A stretch of 63,912 nucleotides of DNA, filler included, from Octopus bimaculoides (lineage: Eukaryota), in the NCBI RefSeq assembly GCF_001194135.2. It is 5 parts of 4 records of this genome, joined end to end, with 100 filler letters (N's around TTAATTAATTAA, not from the genome) between each part and the next. Parts side by side here need not be neighbours in the genome. Positions count along the whole stretch, not along the records: positions 1 to 23,527 come from NC_069001.1; positions 23,628 to 49,555 come from NC_068999.1; 3 more parts are not named here. The stretch is one strand, 5' to 3'. Under the pieces are notes generated by a model that saw only the letters and a list, made by a program, of their open reading frames with translations, was not told the DNA's origin and made no database searches. Below are positions 14,204-26,984 of the stretch, one piece after another; the first letter of the stretch is position 1; every line of letters starts with the position of its first letter. The translations under genes and the position numbers were made by a program.

Positions 14204-14850
14204 CTGGAGTCACGCATATGGCACCAACGAACGACGTATTAATAACAACACAAAATTGGCTCTTTACAAATCGCTTGTCTTACCATCCCTGTTGTATTCT
14301 TCTGAAACATGGACGTGTTATGAAAGACGTTTCAAATTATTAGAACGATTCCACCAAAAATGCCTTCGCCACATTTTGAACATTAAATGGGGCTTTTAAA
14401 CTCCAGACACAGATGTCTTTGCGTCTGCAGGCATTACTCCAATCAAATCAATGATTCTGAAAAACCAAATGAGATGGTCTGGCAACATTATTTGAATGGC
14501 AGATGAACACGCACCTAAACAACTGTTTTACGGAGAGCTTGCAGAGGGAAAAACAATCGGCGTAAACCTAAAAAGAGGTTTAAGGATAGAATAAGGACTA
14601 CCATGAAGTCACTTGATCCAAAAGGCCATAGAAATCCTTGTTTCGGATCGAGCTGGTTAGCGAAAAAAAAGTGTGGAGTGGAGTGGAAGCTTTTTAGGAG
14701 GTCAGGATGACACATGCAAGACTCAAGAAAGATTTAAAGAAGAATGTTGTGATCGAGGAAGTGAATCTCAGTGACTATTTTGTGTGCAGAGTTTGTGACA
14801 GACCATGCCTTTCTTTTGCCGGCTCAAATCTCATTTGCAGACCCATGGAA
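14204..14850 (+). mobile_element. RTE-clade (BovB-like) LINE, 3' part of ORF, degenerate
   Basis: TKLALYKSLVLPSLLYSSETWTCYERRFKLLERFHQKCLRHILNIKW...QMRWSGNII*MADEHAPKQLFYGEL followed by a CRVCDRPC knuckle, the typical post-RT C-terminus of RTE elements. Stops and frameshifts present. Confidence 0.85.
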
Positions 14851-15696
14851 AATAAACCTCCACCAACTATTCTGCTTATATATCTGTGCACACCTTTCGA
14901 TGCCATGTATACCATAAGGTCTGCAAATCTAACGAAGGCTTCAAAAGACATTTTAAGAGCCACAAAGATTAGAACTTATCTGTAGCTCTTGGTGGTCGAA
15001 ATCGGATATGCGGTGGGACTGAACCTGGTACAATGTAATGGTGAAGCAAGCTTCTTACCACACAGCCACGTCTGCGCCCATGAAAAAAATGTGAAAATGT
15101 TTTCTGAATTGTTAAAGCAAAACCTCTAAGGGTCATATGGAACTCAGTAGTGAACAGTTGCTCTACACGCAAGGGACAACAATGGACATATGTTTTGGTA
15201 CTTTGAACTCGTCAGAAAGATATATTCAAATCGAGATTGCAGACCAGCAAATGGATTTCTAATCAGATAAAAAAAAGCTTACGTATATTTTTCTTTGTTA
15301 AGGGTAATTTGCACAATAAACATGAAACTATTATGGGAAACACATTGCTGTATGCATGTACAAATAAGAATAATGTGCGAACGTATGTAAACCTATCAAA
15401 AACGAAATATGAAGCCATTAGACGTAAATGCAGTTATCTGTTGTCTTGTACGATGTGATGGGAGATGAAAAGAATAACAAAAATACATATGTATACTCAC
15501 GTGTTTGTTGTGCGTATGAGTATGTGTGTGCAAGTGTCTGTGTGTGTATGTGTGTGTGTGTGTGTGTGAGTTTTGTAGTAGCTGGAAATATATTAATATA
15601 TTTTAACGTACTCTCCTGAGTATTGTTGTTCTGTATTCCCATCTGTTTATATATATGTATACTTCATTACGCTCACCCTGCCCCTGTGTGTGTATA

Positions 15697-15731
<35 letters not shown>

Positions 15732-16102
15732 TCACACATACTCAGATACACATATGAGTGGAATTTGGTATGCATAAACTGTGCATAAACACGTCTTATA
15801 AATACATATGTATGGATGTATGTATCTCTCCCCCCCTCTTTCTCTCTCTTTATTCATGTATCTATTTATCATATGGACTTGAACGTGTGTGTATGTGCGT
15901 GCGCGCGAGCTCGCGTGTTTGTATCATGATTGTATTTACTCGAGTATAATGCCATCTCAACTGTAAGAATCCTACTTTTTGCATCTTACATTCAAGAATA
16001 TATTTTATCGTTTCTTCATCTTTTATTTCATACTCGTGAATAATGCTAGCCACAAAATTTCATACTGGTATTTTGCGGGGAATTTTTCGCATTATAAACA
16101 AG

Positions 16103-16141
<39 letters not shown>

Positions 16142-17104
16142 NNNNNNNNNNNNNNNNNNNNNNNNNNNNNNNNNNNNNNNNNNNNNNNNNNNNNNNNNNN
16201 NNNNNNNNNNNNNNNNNNNNNNNNNNNNNNNNNNNNNNNNNNNNNNNNNNNNNNNNNNNNNNNNNNNNNNNNNNNNNNNNNNNNNNNNNNNNNNNNNNNN
16301 NNNNNNNNNNNNNNNNNNNNNNNNNNNNNNNNNNNNNNNNNNNNNNNNNNNNNNNNNNNNNNNNNNNNNNNNNNNNNNNNNNNNNNNNNNNNNNNNNNNN
16401 NNNNNNNNNNNNNNNNNNNNNNNNNNNNNNNNNNNNNNNNNNNNNNNNNNNNNNNNNNNNNNNNNNNNNNNNNNNNNNNNNNNNNNNNNNNNNNNNNNNN
16501 NNNNNNNNNNNNNNNNNNNNNNNNNNNNNNNNNNNNNNNNNNNNNNNNNNNNNNNNNNNNNNNNNNNNNNNNNNNNNNNNNNNNNNNNNNNNNNNNNNNN
16601 NNNNNNNNNNNNNNNNNNNNNNNNNNNNNNNNNNNNNNNNNNNNNNNNNNNNNNNNNNNNNNNNNNNNNNNNNNNNNNNNNNNNNNNNNNNNNNNNNNNN
16701 NNNNNNNNNNNNNNNNNNNNNNNNNNNNNNNNNNNNNNNNNNNNNNNNNNNNNNNNNNNNNNNNNNNNNNNNNNNNNNNNNNNNNNNNNNNNNNNNNNNN
16801 NNNNNNNNNNNNNNNNNNNNNNNNNNNNNNNNNNNNNNNNNNNNNNNNNNNNNNNNNNNNNNNNNNNNNNNNNNNNNNNNNNNNNNNNNNNNNNNNNNNN
16901 NNNNNNNNNNNNNNNNNNNNNNNNNNNNNNNNNNNNNNNNNNNNNNNNNNNNNNNNNNNNNNNNNNNNNNNNNNNNNNNNNNNNNNNNNNNNNNNNNNNN
17001 NNNNNNNNNNNNNNNNNNNNNNNNNNNNNNNNNNNNNNNNNNNNNNNNNNNNNNNNNNNNNNNNNNNNNNNNNNNNNNNNNNNNNNNNNNNNNNNNNNNN
17101 NNNN

Positions 17105-17147
<43 letters not shown>

Positions 17148-17247
17148 GTATGTATATATATGTATATACATATATATATATGTATGATGTACAGGTATAT
17201 ATATGTATACACACACACACACTCACACACACACTCATATTTCAACT

Positions 17248-17390
17248 GGCTTTTTTCAATTTCCATTTACCAAATCCCCTCACAAAGCTTCGGTCAACGC
17301 GGGCAATAACAGAAGATACTTGCAGTGGGACTGAACCCGGGACCTTGTGGTTGCGAAGCAAACTTCTTACCACTCAACCACGCCTGCGCC
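17248..17390 (-). mobile_element. SINE family B left arm
   Basis: Reverse-strand GGGACTGAACCCGG...TTCTTACCAC. Similar partial arms lie at ~12445-12535(-), 14985-15080(-), 44848-45000(+), 46750-46910(+), 60775-60925(+) and 61385-61490(-); right arms at 50555-50740(+) and 53135-53260(-). Confidence 0.7.
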
Positions 17391-17457
17391 TATTCTTGTT
17401 TGTGTTTCTGTTATATGTGCGCGTTATACATGAGTGTGTGTGTGTGTATGTGTGCGT

Positions 17458-17556
17458 GTATGTCAGATAGAGCTAGGTCGTATGTCAGATAGAGCTAGGT
17501 CGTATGTCAGATAGAGCTAGGTCGTATGTCAGATAGAGCTAGGTCGTATGTCAGAT
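17458..17556. repeat. 22-bp minisatellite, 4.5 perfect copies
   Basis: Unit GTATGTCAGATAGAGCTAGGTC, with no spacers between copies. Confidence 0.95.
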
Positions 17557-17689
17557 GTAAAAACGACGATGTAATACCGGGGTACTGTTATTATTTTGTT
17601 ACTCCCCTAAGTATTAGGGGTCATATGCCCTTATAAATTATCATCATCCCTCATTATCATCATCACATTACAAAACATCATCGTCGTCG

Positions 17690-17920
17690 TCGTCATCGTT
17701 GTCAAATTCATCTAATCCTCATCATGACCATCATCATCATCACCACCAACACCACACCATCATCATCATCATCTGTAGTAGCAGTAGTAGTACTAGTAGT
17801 AGTCACAATAGAGGAGGTGGTAGTGGGAGTAGTAGTAGTAATAGTAGAGGTGGAGGTGGTCTTAGTAGTAGTAGTTGTTGTTTTTGTTTTTGTTGTTGTT
17901 GTTGTCGTCGTTGTTTTTGT
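17690..17920. repeat. compound (CAT)/(AGT)/(GTT) trinucleotide array
   Basis: Direct reading; explains the low-complexity track ORFs at 17699-18085. Confidence 0.9.
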
Positions 17921-18330
17921 TGTTCTCTTGCAAAATCGTTCAATGTAGTTCTTCCCGGGGGTATTCAATTTACGAAAAGCAAACAAAGTTTGTTAGGATT
18001 TGGGCAAGCAATCCCTAAAGGATCCTCCAACTCCTTTTTTTTTTTTTTTACTTTTTACGATGAGCGAGAAGCGAGAAAGAATTAAGAAAAGAAATATATA
18101 TATATATATATATATATGGGCAAAATAGGCAAAAAAATAAGCATCTATCTCCTGTTCCTTATACCAGATGTTAGAATTGCTATGATGTCGAAGAGAAACG
18201 GTAATGCCAATATCGAAATTTGAGAGGAAACATTCTACCAAACAAATAAACAAATACATAATTGAAAAATAGAGATAAAAATTTTCAAAAATGAAATAAT
18301 GATAAAAAGATAACAAAGAGAACGTGTCAA

Positions 18331-18490
18331 GCGATGCTGTGTGGCTGGAAGTTTACTTGTCAACCACATGGCTCCGGGTTCAGACCCATTGCGTGGTAAC
18401 TTCGGTAGATGCCTTCTGCTGTAACCTGTGGGCCGACCAAAGCCTTGTTAGTCGATTTGGTAGACAGAAATTGAAAGAAACTCATTGTAT
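18331..18490 (+). mobile_element. SINE family B left arm
   Basis: GCTGTGTGGCTGG...CCGGGTTCAGACCCATTGCG...GGGCCGACCAAAGCCTTG...GGTAGACAGAAATTGAAAGAA. Confidence 0.75.
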
Positions 18491-18492
18491 AC

Positions 18493-18523
<31 letters not shown>

Positions 18524-20413
18524 TGTATGTATGTATGTATGTATGTATGCCTCCACTCGAATTATAAATTGGAACTTAGCTCAACTTGAGCACTTCGATT
18601 CTAGCCTGTCTACGAGTATTGTTAATTTATAACAATATCTATAAAATAATATAATTTATATATACATATATATATATATATATATACATGTATGCTTATA
18701 TATGTTTTAACACACACATACACACATACACCCCACCACACACACACAAACACACAGACAGACAAACACACACACATATGTAATAAATACAAATACAGAA
18801 TAAAAAGGCAGATGACTTGAACACGTTTGTTGTGGTAATTACATCAGGGACCTCACACACACACACACTAATTCAGTTAGACACATACAAGTATTCGTTG
18901 CCACACACATTATCACACACACATGGGGTTACTATGAGGTGCGGCCCCTGTGCAGGGAATCTCCTCCTACAGACGGTGTAACTATTGGGGTCTGATTCTG
19001 GCTAAACGTTTAGAATGTATATATGTATGTATGTATGATTGTATGTATGGCTAGATTGATGTATGTATGCATGTATCTATGCTTATATGTATGTATTTAT
19101 ATATATATATGTATGTGTGTATGTATGTGTTTATTCATTTATGTATGTATGTATGCACGCATGCGTGCCTGTATCGATGTATATACGTACGTACGTATGT
19201 ATGTATTTTTGTGTGAATGTTTCTATACGAGCATATATATGTGTACGTATGTGTAGGTCTATATATATATATATATATANNNNNNNNNNNNNNNNNNNNN
19301 NNNNNNNNNNNNNNNNNNNNNNNNNNNNNNNNNNNNNNNNNNNNNNNNNNNNNNNNNNNNNNNNNNNNNNNNNNNNNNNNNNNNNNNNNNNNNNNNNNNN
19401 NNNNNNNNNNNNNNNNNNNNNNNNNNNNNNNNNNNNNNNNNNNNNNNNNNNNNNNNNNNNNNNNNNNNNNNNNNNNNNNNNNNNNNNNNNNNNNNNNNNN
19501 NNNNNNNNNNNNNNNNNNNNNNNNNNNNNNNNNNNNNNNNNNNNNNNNNNNNNNNNNNNNNNNNNNNNNNNNNNNNNNNNNNNNNNNNNNNNNNNNNNNN
19601 NNNNNNNNNNNNNNNNNNNNNNNNNNNNNNNNNNNNNNNNNNNNNNNNNNNNNNNNNNNNNNNNNNNNNNNNNNNNNNNNNNNNNNNNNNNNNNNNNNNN
19701 NNNNNNNNNNNNNNNNNNNNNNNNNNNNNTGTGTGTGTGTGTGTGTGTGTGCTGGTGTGTGTATGTGAATGTTTGTCTACATGAGGGAGACGGAGAGTGT
19801 TAGAACAAAGACTGCAGAGCAACGGAGAGACAACGGCACCACCACCACCACCACCAACACCACCACCACCACCACCACCACCACTACCACCAAGAACAGC
19901 AACAACAACATCAAAACAGCGAAAACAACAACTGCAACATCAGAGATAAGAACTGTAACACGAATAACAGTAACCTTTACAGCAGAGCAAAAAAAAAGAA
20001 CATCGTAAGCCAATTGGTTGGCAGCGGCAACAGCTGCAAGAACAGCAGCAAGTGCAGCAACAGCAACAACAGCAGCAGTTGCAACTATTTTTCAAATCAC
20101 TGCACTGAGCATTGTTGTATTTGATCAGTCTCTATTATGCAATGGTGCATCACGGGCACTCTCTGCACACTGCAGTTTGTTGCATTTGCTCATAACGCAT
20201 TATATAATACCAGACTATTTTGTATTTAACTAGACGTTGTCATACTATCTTGCAGCCAACCGTAGCATGCTGCACTACAATGCATTTTACTTGTTGCATA
20301 ATATAGCACTGCACCTTCAGGTACTGCACAATAAATCACTTCACCATCGATCGAGCGATTGATCTATTGCTTGCCTGCCTGTCTGTCTGTCTGACGGTCT
20401 ATGTCTTTCAACA

Positions 20414-20801
20414 CAACCACCACCACCGATGCCACCGCCACCACCGACGCCACCGCCACCATCATCATCGTCGACGTCGTATTCATCATCATCATCATCG
20501 TCATCATCATCATCACCACCACCATCACCGTCATTTTCATCATCGTCGTCATCGACGTCGTCCTCACTCTCCTTCTTTTCCTCCTCCCCTTCCTCCTCAT
20601 TATCCTTACCATCGTCATCATCATCATAGTAGTCTTCATCGTCACCACCACCACCATCACCAGCACCACCACCATCACCAGCACCACCACCATCACCAGC
20701 ACCAGCACCATCACCATCACCATCACTATAACCACCACCAACACCATCACCACCATCATCAACATCATCAACATCATCATCAACAGTAACAACATCACCA
20801 A
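20414..20801. repeat. long compound (CAC/CAT)n array
   Basis: Direct reading; explains the His/Thr/Met-rich track ORFs at 20364-20822. Confidence 0.9.
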
Positions 20802-21143
20802 CAAGATTGTGTAATGACTCAACCGGTCGTTACGTATTAGTCACTAATTATATTGCTAACTCTTCTTATCAACCATTGTCTACAGGTAGACAAGTAGGTA
20901 CTTCATAGACGTAATTAAACAGACACATATGTACTGGCTGCTACGGAAATCATGAATATGTGTGATATTGTACGAAATGTATGACTACGAGAATATGACA
21001 AACGAGGTTTCTTTGTCTTTTTTTTTTTTTTACCAATTCTTTAACTTAAACCACAAACTTTCAGGTAACTTAGCTTTCGATCATTACCCAACGATCACTC
21101 AAGCAATCGATTAGCTAATTGATTGGTTACATGTTAAATAACG

Positions 21144-21367
<224 letters not shown>

Positions 21368-21369
21368 GC

Positions 21370-21580
21370 GTTCTACTGTAGGAACAAAGCCTGAAATTTG
21401 GTGGAGGGGACCAGTCGATAAGATCGACCCAGTACGCAACTGGTACTTAATTTATCGAGCCCGAAAGGATGAAAAACAAAGTCGACATCGGTGGAATTTG
21501 AACTCGAAACGGAAAAACGGACTAGGTGCGCCAAGTTCTTCATCCGGCGTGCTAACGGTTCCGCCAGCTCATCACTTGGG
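21370..21580 (-). mobile_element. SINE family A, near full length
   Basis: Reverse-strand A/B-box head (GAATTTGAACTC), central GAAAGGATGAAA...GTCGAC block and 3' GGCCTGAAATTT; its (AAT)n tail is 21144-21367. Confidence 0.8.
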
Positions 21581-21649
21581 AACTGAATAGAAATACTAAT
21601 ATTAAAAGATGTTAAACAGGACCAGTGCATGTATTTATTATTGACATGC

Positions 21650-22050
21650 TGACTCAGTTGCGTACTGGGGTCGATTTAATCGACTGGGACCCCTCCCACA
21701 AAATTTCGGGCCTTGTACCTAGAGTAAAAACGAACCTATAGCATGCCGGACAAAGCGCTTAGCGGTATTTTCACCGTCCTTGTGTTCTGAGCTCAAATTC
21801 CGCCGAGATCGATAAAAATAAGTACCAGTTGAGTACTGGGTCGATGTAATCGACTTAACCTATCTCCCCTGAAATTGCTGGTCTTGTGCCAAAATTTGAA
21901 ACCAATATGATATCAATGCTAAAGCGGCGAGCTGGCAGAATCGTTAGCATGCCGGACAAAATGTTTAGCAGCTTTTCCACCGTCCTTAGGTTCTGAGTTC
22001 GAATTCCGCAGAGGTCGATAAAATAGTTAGCACACCGGGCAAAATGCTTC
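21650..22050 (+). mobile_element. cluster of three partial family A SINEs
   Basis: Repeated GGGGTCGAT..AATCGAC, GTTCTGAG(C/T)TC(A/G)AATTCCGC and GGCAGAATCGTTAGC blocks at ~21650-21730, 21737-21905 and 21920-22050. Confidence 0.75.
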
Positions 22051-22373
22051 TTATTTGAACGAACTATTTGTTGTATAATTGTTGGTTTTTAAGGATTTGA
22101 TTACATGCACTGAGTAATGGATTCGTGACTGGTTGTAGAGTTAAACTAATATTTATTATCGATAATAACTATTTACGTTTGCCTCAACAAACGTCCTGGA
22201 ACAGTTTTCTGTTTTTTTCTTTTCTAGAGCTTGAAAATACTCTGTTCGATATACGTTCGAATTACTTCACAGCCATTAGTAAGAGATACACATACATACG
22301 TACATACAGGCATATCTCCACGCACACACATGTACCAGCATAAATTTCTGTGTGTGACTAGATATACCCATGC

Positions 22374-22432
<59 letters not shown>

Positions 22433-22591
22433 ATACACACATACACTTATCTTTCGCTGGATGAAGTACATTTTGTGTTGATTTTAGTTTTAACATAACA
22501 GTAAACGATACATGCATACATATATGATTATATGTGTATGTGTGTGTGTATATATATATAGAGAATTATATGTATCTATAAATATATATGA

Positions 22592-22640
<49 letters not shown>

Positions 22641-22646
22641 GATATA

Positions 22647-22795
22647 AAAGCGGTGAGCTGGCAGAATCGTTAGCACGCCGGGCGAAATGTTTAGTGGTAT
22701 TTCGTCTGATGCTACGTTCTGAGTTCAAATTCCGCCAAGGTCGACTTGCCTTTCATCCTTCCCCCAAAATTTTCAAGACCTTGTACCCAGAGTAG
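22647..22795 (+). mobile_element. SINE family A with internal deletion
   Basis: GCGGTGAGCTGGCAGAATCGTTAGCACGCCGGGCGAAATG...GTTCTGAGTTCAAATTCCGCC...GCCTTTCATCC. Confidence 0.8.
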
Positions 22796-23372
22796 AGATA
22801 ATATATATATATATAATGCTCATATATGTGTTGTGTATGTCTTTGAGAGTTTACACACACATACACACACATATATATACCTTGAATGCATGTTTGCTTA
22901 TGCATAACAACATAATCACGAAAACCTGAGATCTCACATCTCTTTATTGTGTATCACTGTATATTTGCGCGTGTAAACCTAAGCACGAATATTATTATTC
23001 ACATTCTTTTTCTTGCTCTTGATGTTATTTTGGGAAGTGATTTTCTTATATGATTTTTGTCTTTGCATTTTTGCTTCATATTTCCTCCCCACCCTGTATT
23101 CCTTTCGTCTGAGTAAGAAGGCCAAAAGGCCAGAACTTTTACGCACCTTTACAATGTAATGAGTATGGATTTTTCTTAGGCATCGCAGTATTCTTTAATA
23201 TCAAACTCTACGGGATTGCGAAGTCAATGAAGAGTTCTTTCAAGTGTATAACCGTACCATAGCATTATGTTCGAAAGATAGGACGCATCGAAAGAAATAA
23301 AAGTCAAATGCTGGCTTCAGAGTTTGGTACGAAGTTTGATGCCCCCGTGACGAATAAAAGAAATCATCATCG

Positions 23373-23378
23373 TATTAC

Positions 23379-23465
<87 letters not shown>

Positions 23466-23468
23466 TAC

Positions 23469-23527
<59 letters not shown>
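23373..23527. repeat. (ATT)n microsatellite inside copy P, running into a gap
   Basis: Direct reading. Confidence 0.95.
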
Positions 23528-23627
23528 NNNNNNNNNNNNNNNNNNNNNNNNNNNNNNNNNNNNNNNNNNNNTTAATTAATTAANNNNNNNNNNNNNNNNN
23601 NNNNNNNNNNNNNNNNNNNNNNNNNNN
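23528..23627. other. artificial 100-bp scaffold spacer (N44-TTAATTAATTAA-N44)
   Basis: The same construct recurs at 49556-49655, 55988-56087 and 61943-62042. The 12-mer has stops in all six frames. Confidence 0.9.
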
Positions 23628-25186
23628 CCCATCCCACTCTTAACACTGTTTGGTGTTTTGAAATTTATTTTGAAATTTTGATTTCTTTGGATAAATTCAA
23701 CTAAATATCTGTGGACAGTTCCTTTAGTACACTTCTTGGTAAATGAAAATGGATTTCATTTAAGATTAATTATGGGAAGTGTTCTGCAAAGATAGCAAGA
23801 TATTCAGTACGTAAATTAAAACATCTTTTCCTGGTCGATGAGTTAAGTACCGGTTGTGTACGGGGGTCGATCTAATCCCCAAAACGTTCTGACCTTGTGC
23901 CTAGAGTAGAAAAAAATATTGATTGTATGTGTTTTTGGTGTGAGTGGATTGTGTTAAACAAAAACACCATCAGCAAATGCTCCTCTATACACCGGGTAAT
24001 GAGATTGACTCTGTGCCACCCTTTGACCTTCTAAATCTGCTTCAAATCACCTTGCTGATTGTCTTTCTATAAAGCAAGGCAACATTAAACACATTAGTTA
24101 AGCTCTTTATGTGGTGAAACTGACGAGATGGTCACAGCTGGAACGTCTTTGAATTTAGGTAGGCTTCATCTAGGCTGACGTAGCTTCAAACAACAACAAA
24201 CAAATGGATAAGGTTACTGAAATATAAGAACCACTGTCTTCTCGCTTGCTTTTACTTTTTCTGTCTAAATATGAATAATTTTCTGAATCTTTTCCCGAAA
24301 CATCCTGGATTATTTAATACTCAACACATCGTATTTGGTACCGTTTGGTGGTTTGATGTTGCATATATCCAATGGAGAGTAACTCAGTCAGCAATAAATT
24401 TTATTTATTGAAGTAAATACCAAACAGAACAAGATATATCATTCCCTAATAATAGAAATTAAGACAGATATTGGTCTATAAATGGATGATCAGGTCTTGG
24501 CCAAAAGTTTTTCATAACTTGATTACCCAGTCATTAAATTATTCATTACATTCTCCTAAGAGGATATAACTGTAACTCATGTAAATTTGTGTAGATTTCA
24601 AGAAAACCGTGCCATTGAATATATTCCAAAGCCAAACTCCCTGTCAATATATCGGAACAGATAGTGTAGTGGTGGACTGTGCTATTATTATATGATTATT
24701 TTTAATAGCGTTATAACAAATGGCAAAATATCATTTGATACTAAGATTTTATATTTTCAATTGCTTTCATATCTTACGTGTGTGTGTGTGTGTGTATACA
24801 TATATACATATATATANNNNNNNNNNNNNNNNNNNNNNNNNNNNNNNNNNNNNNNNNNNNNNNNNNNNNNNNNNNNNNNNNNNNNNNNNNNNNNNNNNNN
24901 NNNNNNNNNNNNNNNNNNNNNNNNNNNNNNNNNNNNNNNNNNNNNNNNNNNNNNNNNNNNNNNNNNNNNNNNNNNNNNNNNNNNNNNNNNNNNNNNNNNN
25001 NNNNNNNNNNNNNNNNNNNNNNNNNNNNNNNNNNNNNNNNNNNNNNNNNNNNNNNNNNNNNNNNNNNNNNNNNNNNNNNNNNNNNNNNNNNNNNNTATAT
25101 ATATATATATACATACATACACACACAGACACACATATATACATAGACATAGACATACAGAGATCTAGAGATACATATACACACGT

Positions 25187-25225
<39 letters not shown>

Positions 25226-26984
25226 TTTATATACAAATACATAGATATGTTGTTAGTTTCCAATGAAATTGTTACACACATATATATCGATACCTTCTAT
25301 TGTTCTCATGAAGTGTATATTACCGACAGACTTGAGGACAATGACATGAAGAGTTCTACAAAAATGTTTGCTATTTGTACATTATTCAGATGAGGCGGAT
25401 TTTCAGTTTTATTACAAGATACTTAAAACTTTTCAGAATGGCTGTAGCTTTCTGAATTTATCGATTTTAAAAGCGTTTTATATGCGATATGTTTACTGCC
25501 TCTCACAAATGGGAACATTACTATTCTAATTTACTATCTTTCTGTCTTATTTAAGTATAAGAGCAGTTATTTCACATTCTACATTTCTGGCGATTTGTAT
25601 GAAATATATTTCATATCGTAAATGACCTTAGAAGCTATTTTCACCATAGAAATTGACACTGTAACCTTAAATTGCATTTTTGAAATTATATATTTTTTAT
25701 GGTGAATAACTGTTTATGGACGATAGGATTTATGCAAAAAGAATAAAAGAAAATAACAACAAGAATAAAATAAGAAAAGGAAATGATAAGGCACCACCAT
25801 TTCTTGTGATCTATCAATAATTCAATCAAGCTCTTGCATATCATCATCATCATCATCATAATCACACCATTGTTTTAACATCCACTTTTCCTTGTTTGCA
25901 TGGGTCAGATGGAATTCATGGAGGTAGATTTTCTATGGCTGAATTACCTTCTTGTTACCAACGTTTACCCGTTTCCAACCAAGGTAATATTTTCCTTGGT
26001 TAAACATATTTTTCACCCAAGACTGGAAACAAACAACTTTACTTATATGATGGTGGCATTCCTTTGAAACTATCACCTGATATCAAGACAAGGGCACACA
26101 TATATGCACAAATATCTACAATTACAGAAGAGTTGTTTTGTTTTTCAGTTTCCAGCAACCAAATCCACTTACAAGACTTTGTTCAGCCCAGGGCTATATT
26201 GGAAGAGTCTTATCCAAGATGCTTTGCAATGGGATTGAACAACCATTTGGCTGTACATGTATACATACATGCATGCACGTGCACACTGACACACACACAC
26301 ACAAACACGCACACTGACACACACACACACTTATAAATTTGCTCTGATAGTTTTTATATTCTTCAGAGCTTTAAGGAATTCAAAACTAATCGAAACAAAG
26401 TTGTATGATGCCATGTAAATGAATTAATAGATAAGATTTTCATTCTTGGAATCTTAAATTCTTTATATATTTTGTGACTCTCCTGAAATCAAAGACACAC
26501 CAAATTTAACAATGTAATCCATTTCTGGACAGCCATAATACATCCAGAAATACATTCTACAATATGTCTCATTATATAATTTAAGCGAACAAGATGTGAT
26601 GCAGGGGAGATGTAATTACCACATCAAGGGAGTTGAGTCATAAAGATGGCGGTTGTGTAGACATATATGAATCTCAAAGAAGCAATGATCTTGGGACTAA
26701 GAATCAATATTCTATCACCAAGCACAGCATTTTATGAAAGAAATAAGCAGTGAACACTCATAGATGTATTGATATTATTTACAATTGCAGGAGGTTCATA
26801 AATATTGATTGATTCCTTTAAGTTGTGGTTGTTTGTTGGAATCAGGATAGTCACACGCTATGTAGTGGACTCAATACTTTAAGAAGATTCTTACAGTTAG
26901 TAGCAGAACAAAATTCAGGAGGAACGTCGATATGACTTCAAAGCATTTGTTCTGACCAGATCTGTGGCTGGGGAAAATTCCCAA

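Noticed and set aside
17458-17556. CRISPR-like appearance of the 22-bp repeats
   Set aside because: No spacers and a eukaryotic context; it is a simple tandem array.
19983-20108. Phase-0 acceptor with a Gln-rich frame as MyoD exon 2
   Set aside because: Terminates after ~41 codons with no MRF motif and derives from CAG/CAA repeats.
23109-23136. Hammerhead-like CTGA...GGCC-AAAA-GGCC-AGAAC
   Set aside because: Core is degenerate with no helix I or III, and the sequence lies in the frame of copy P that aligns to copy M.
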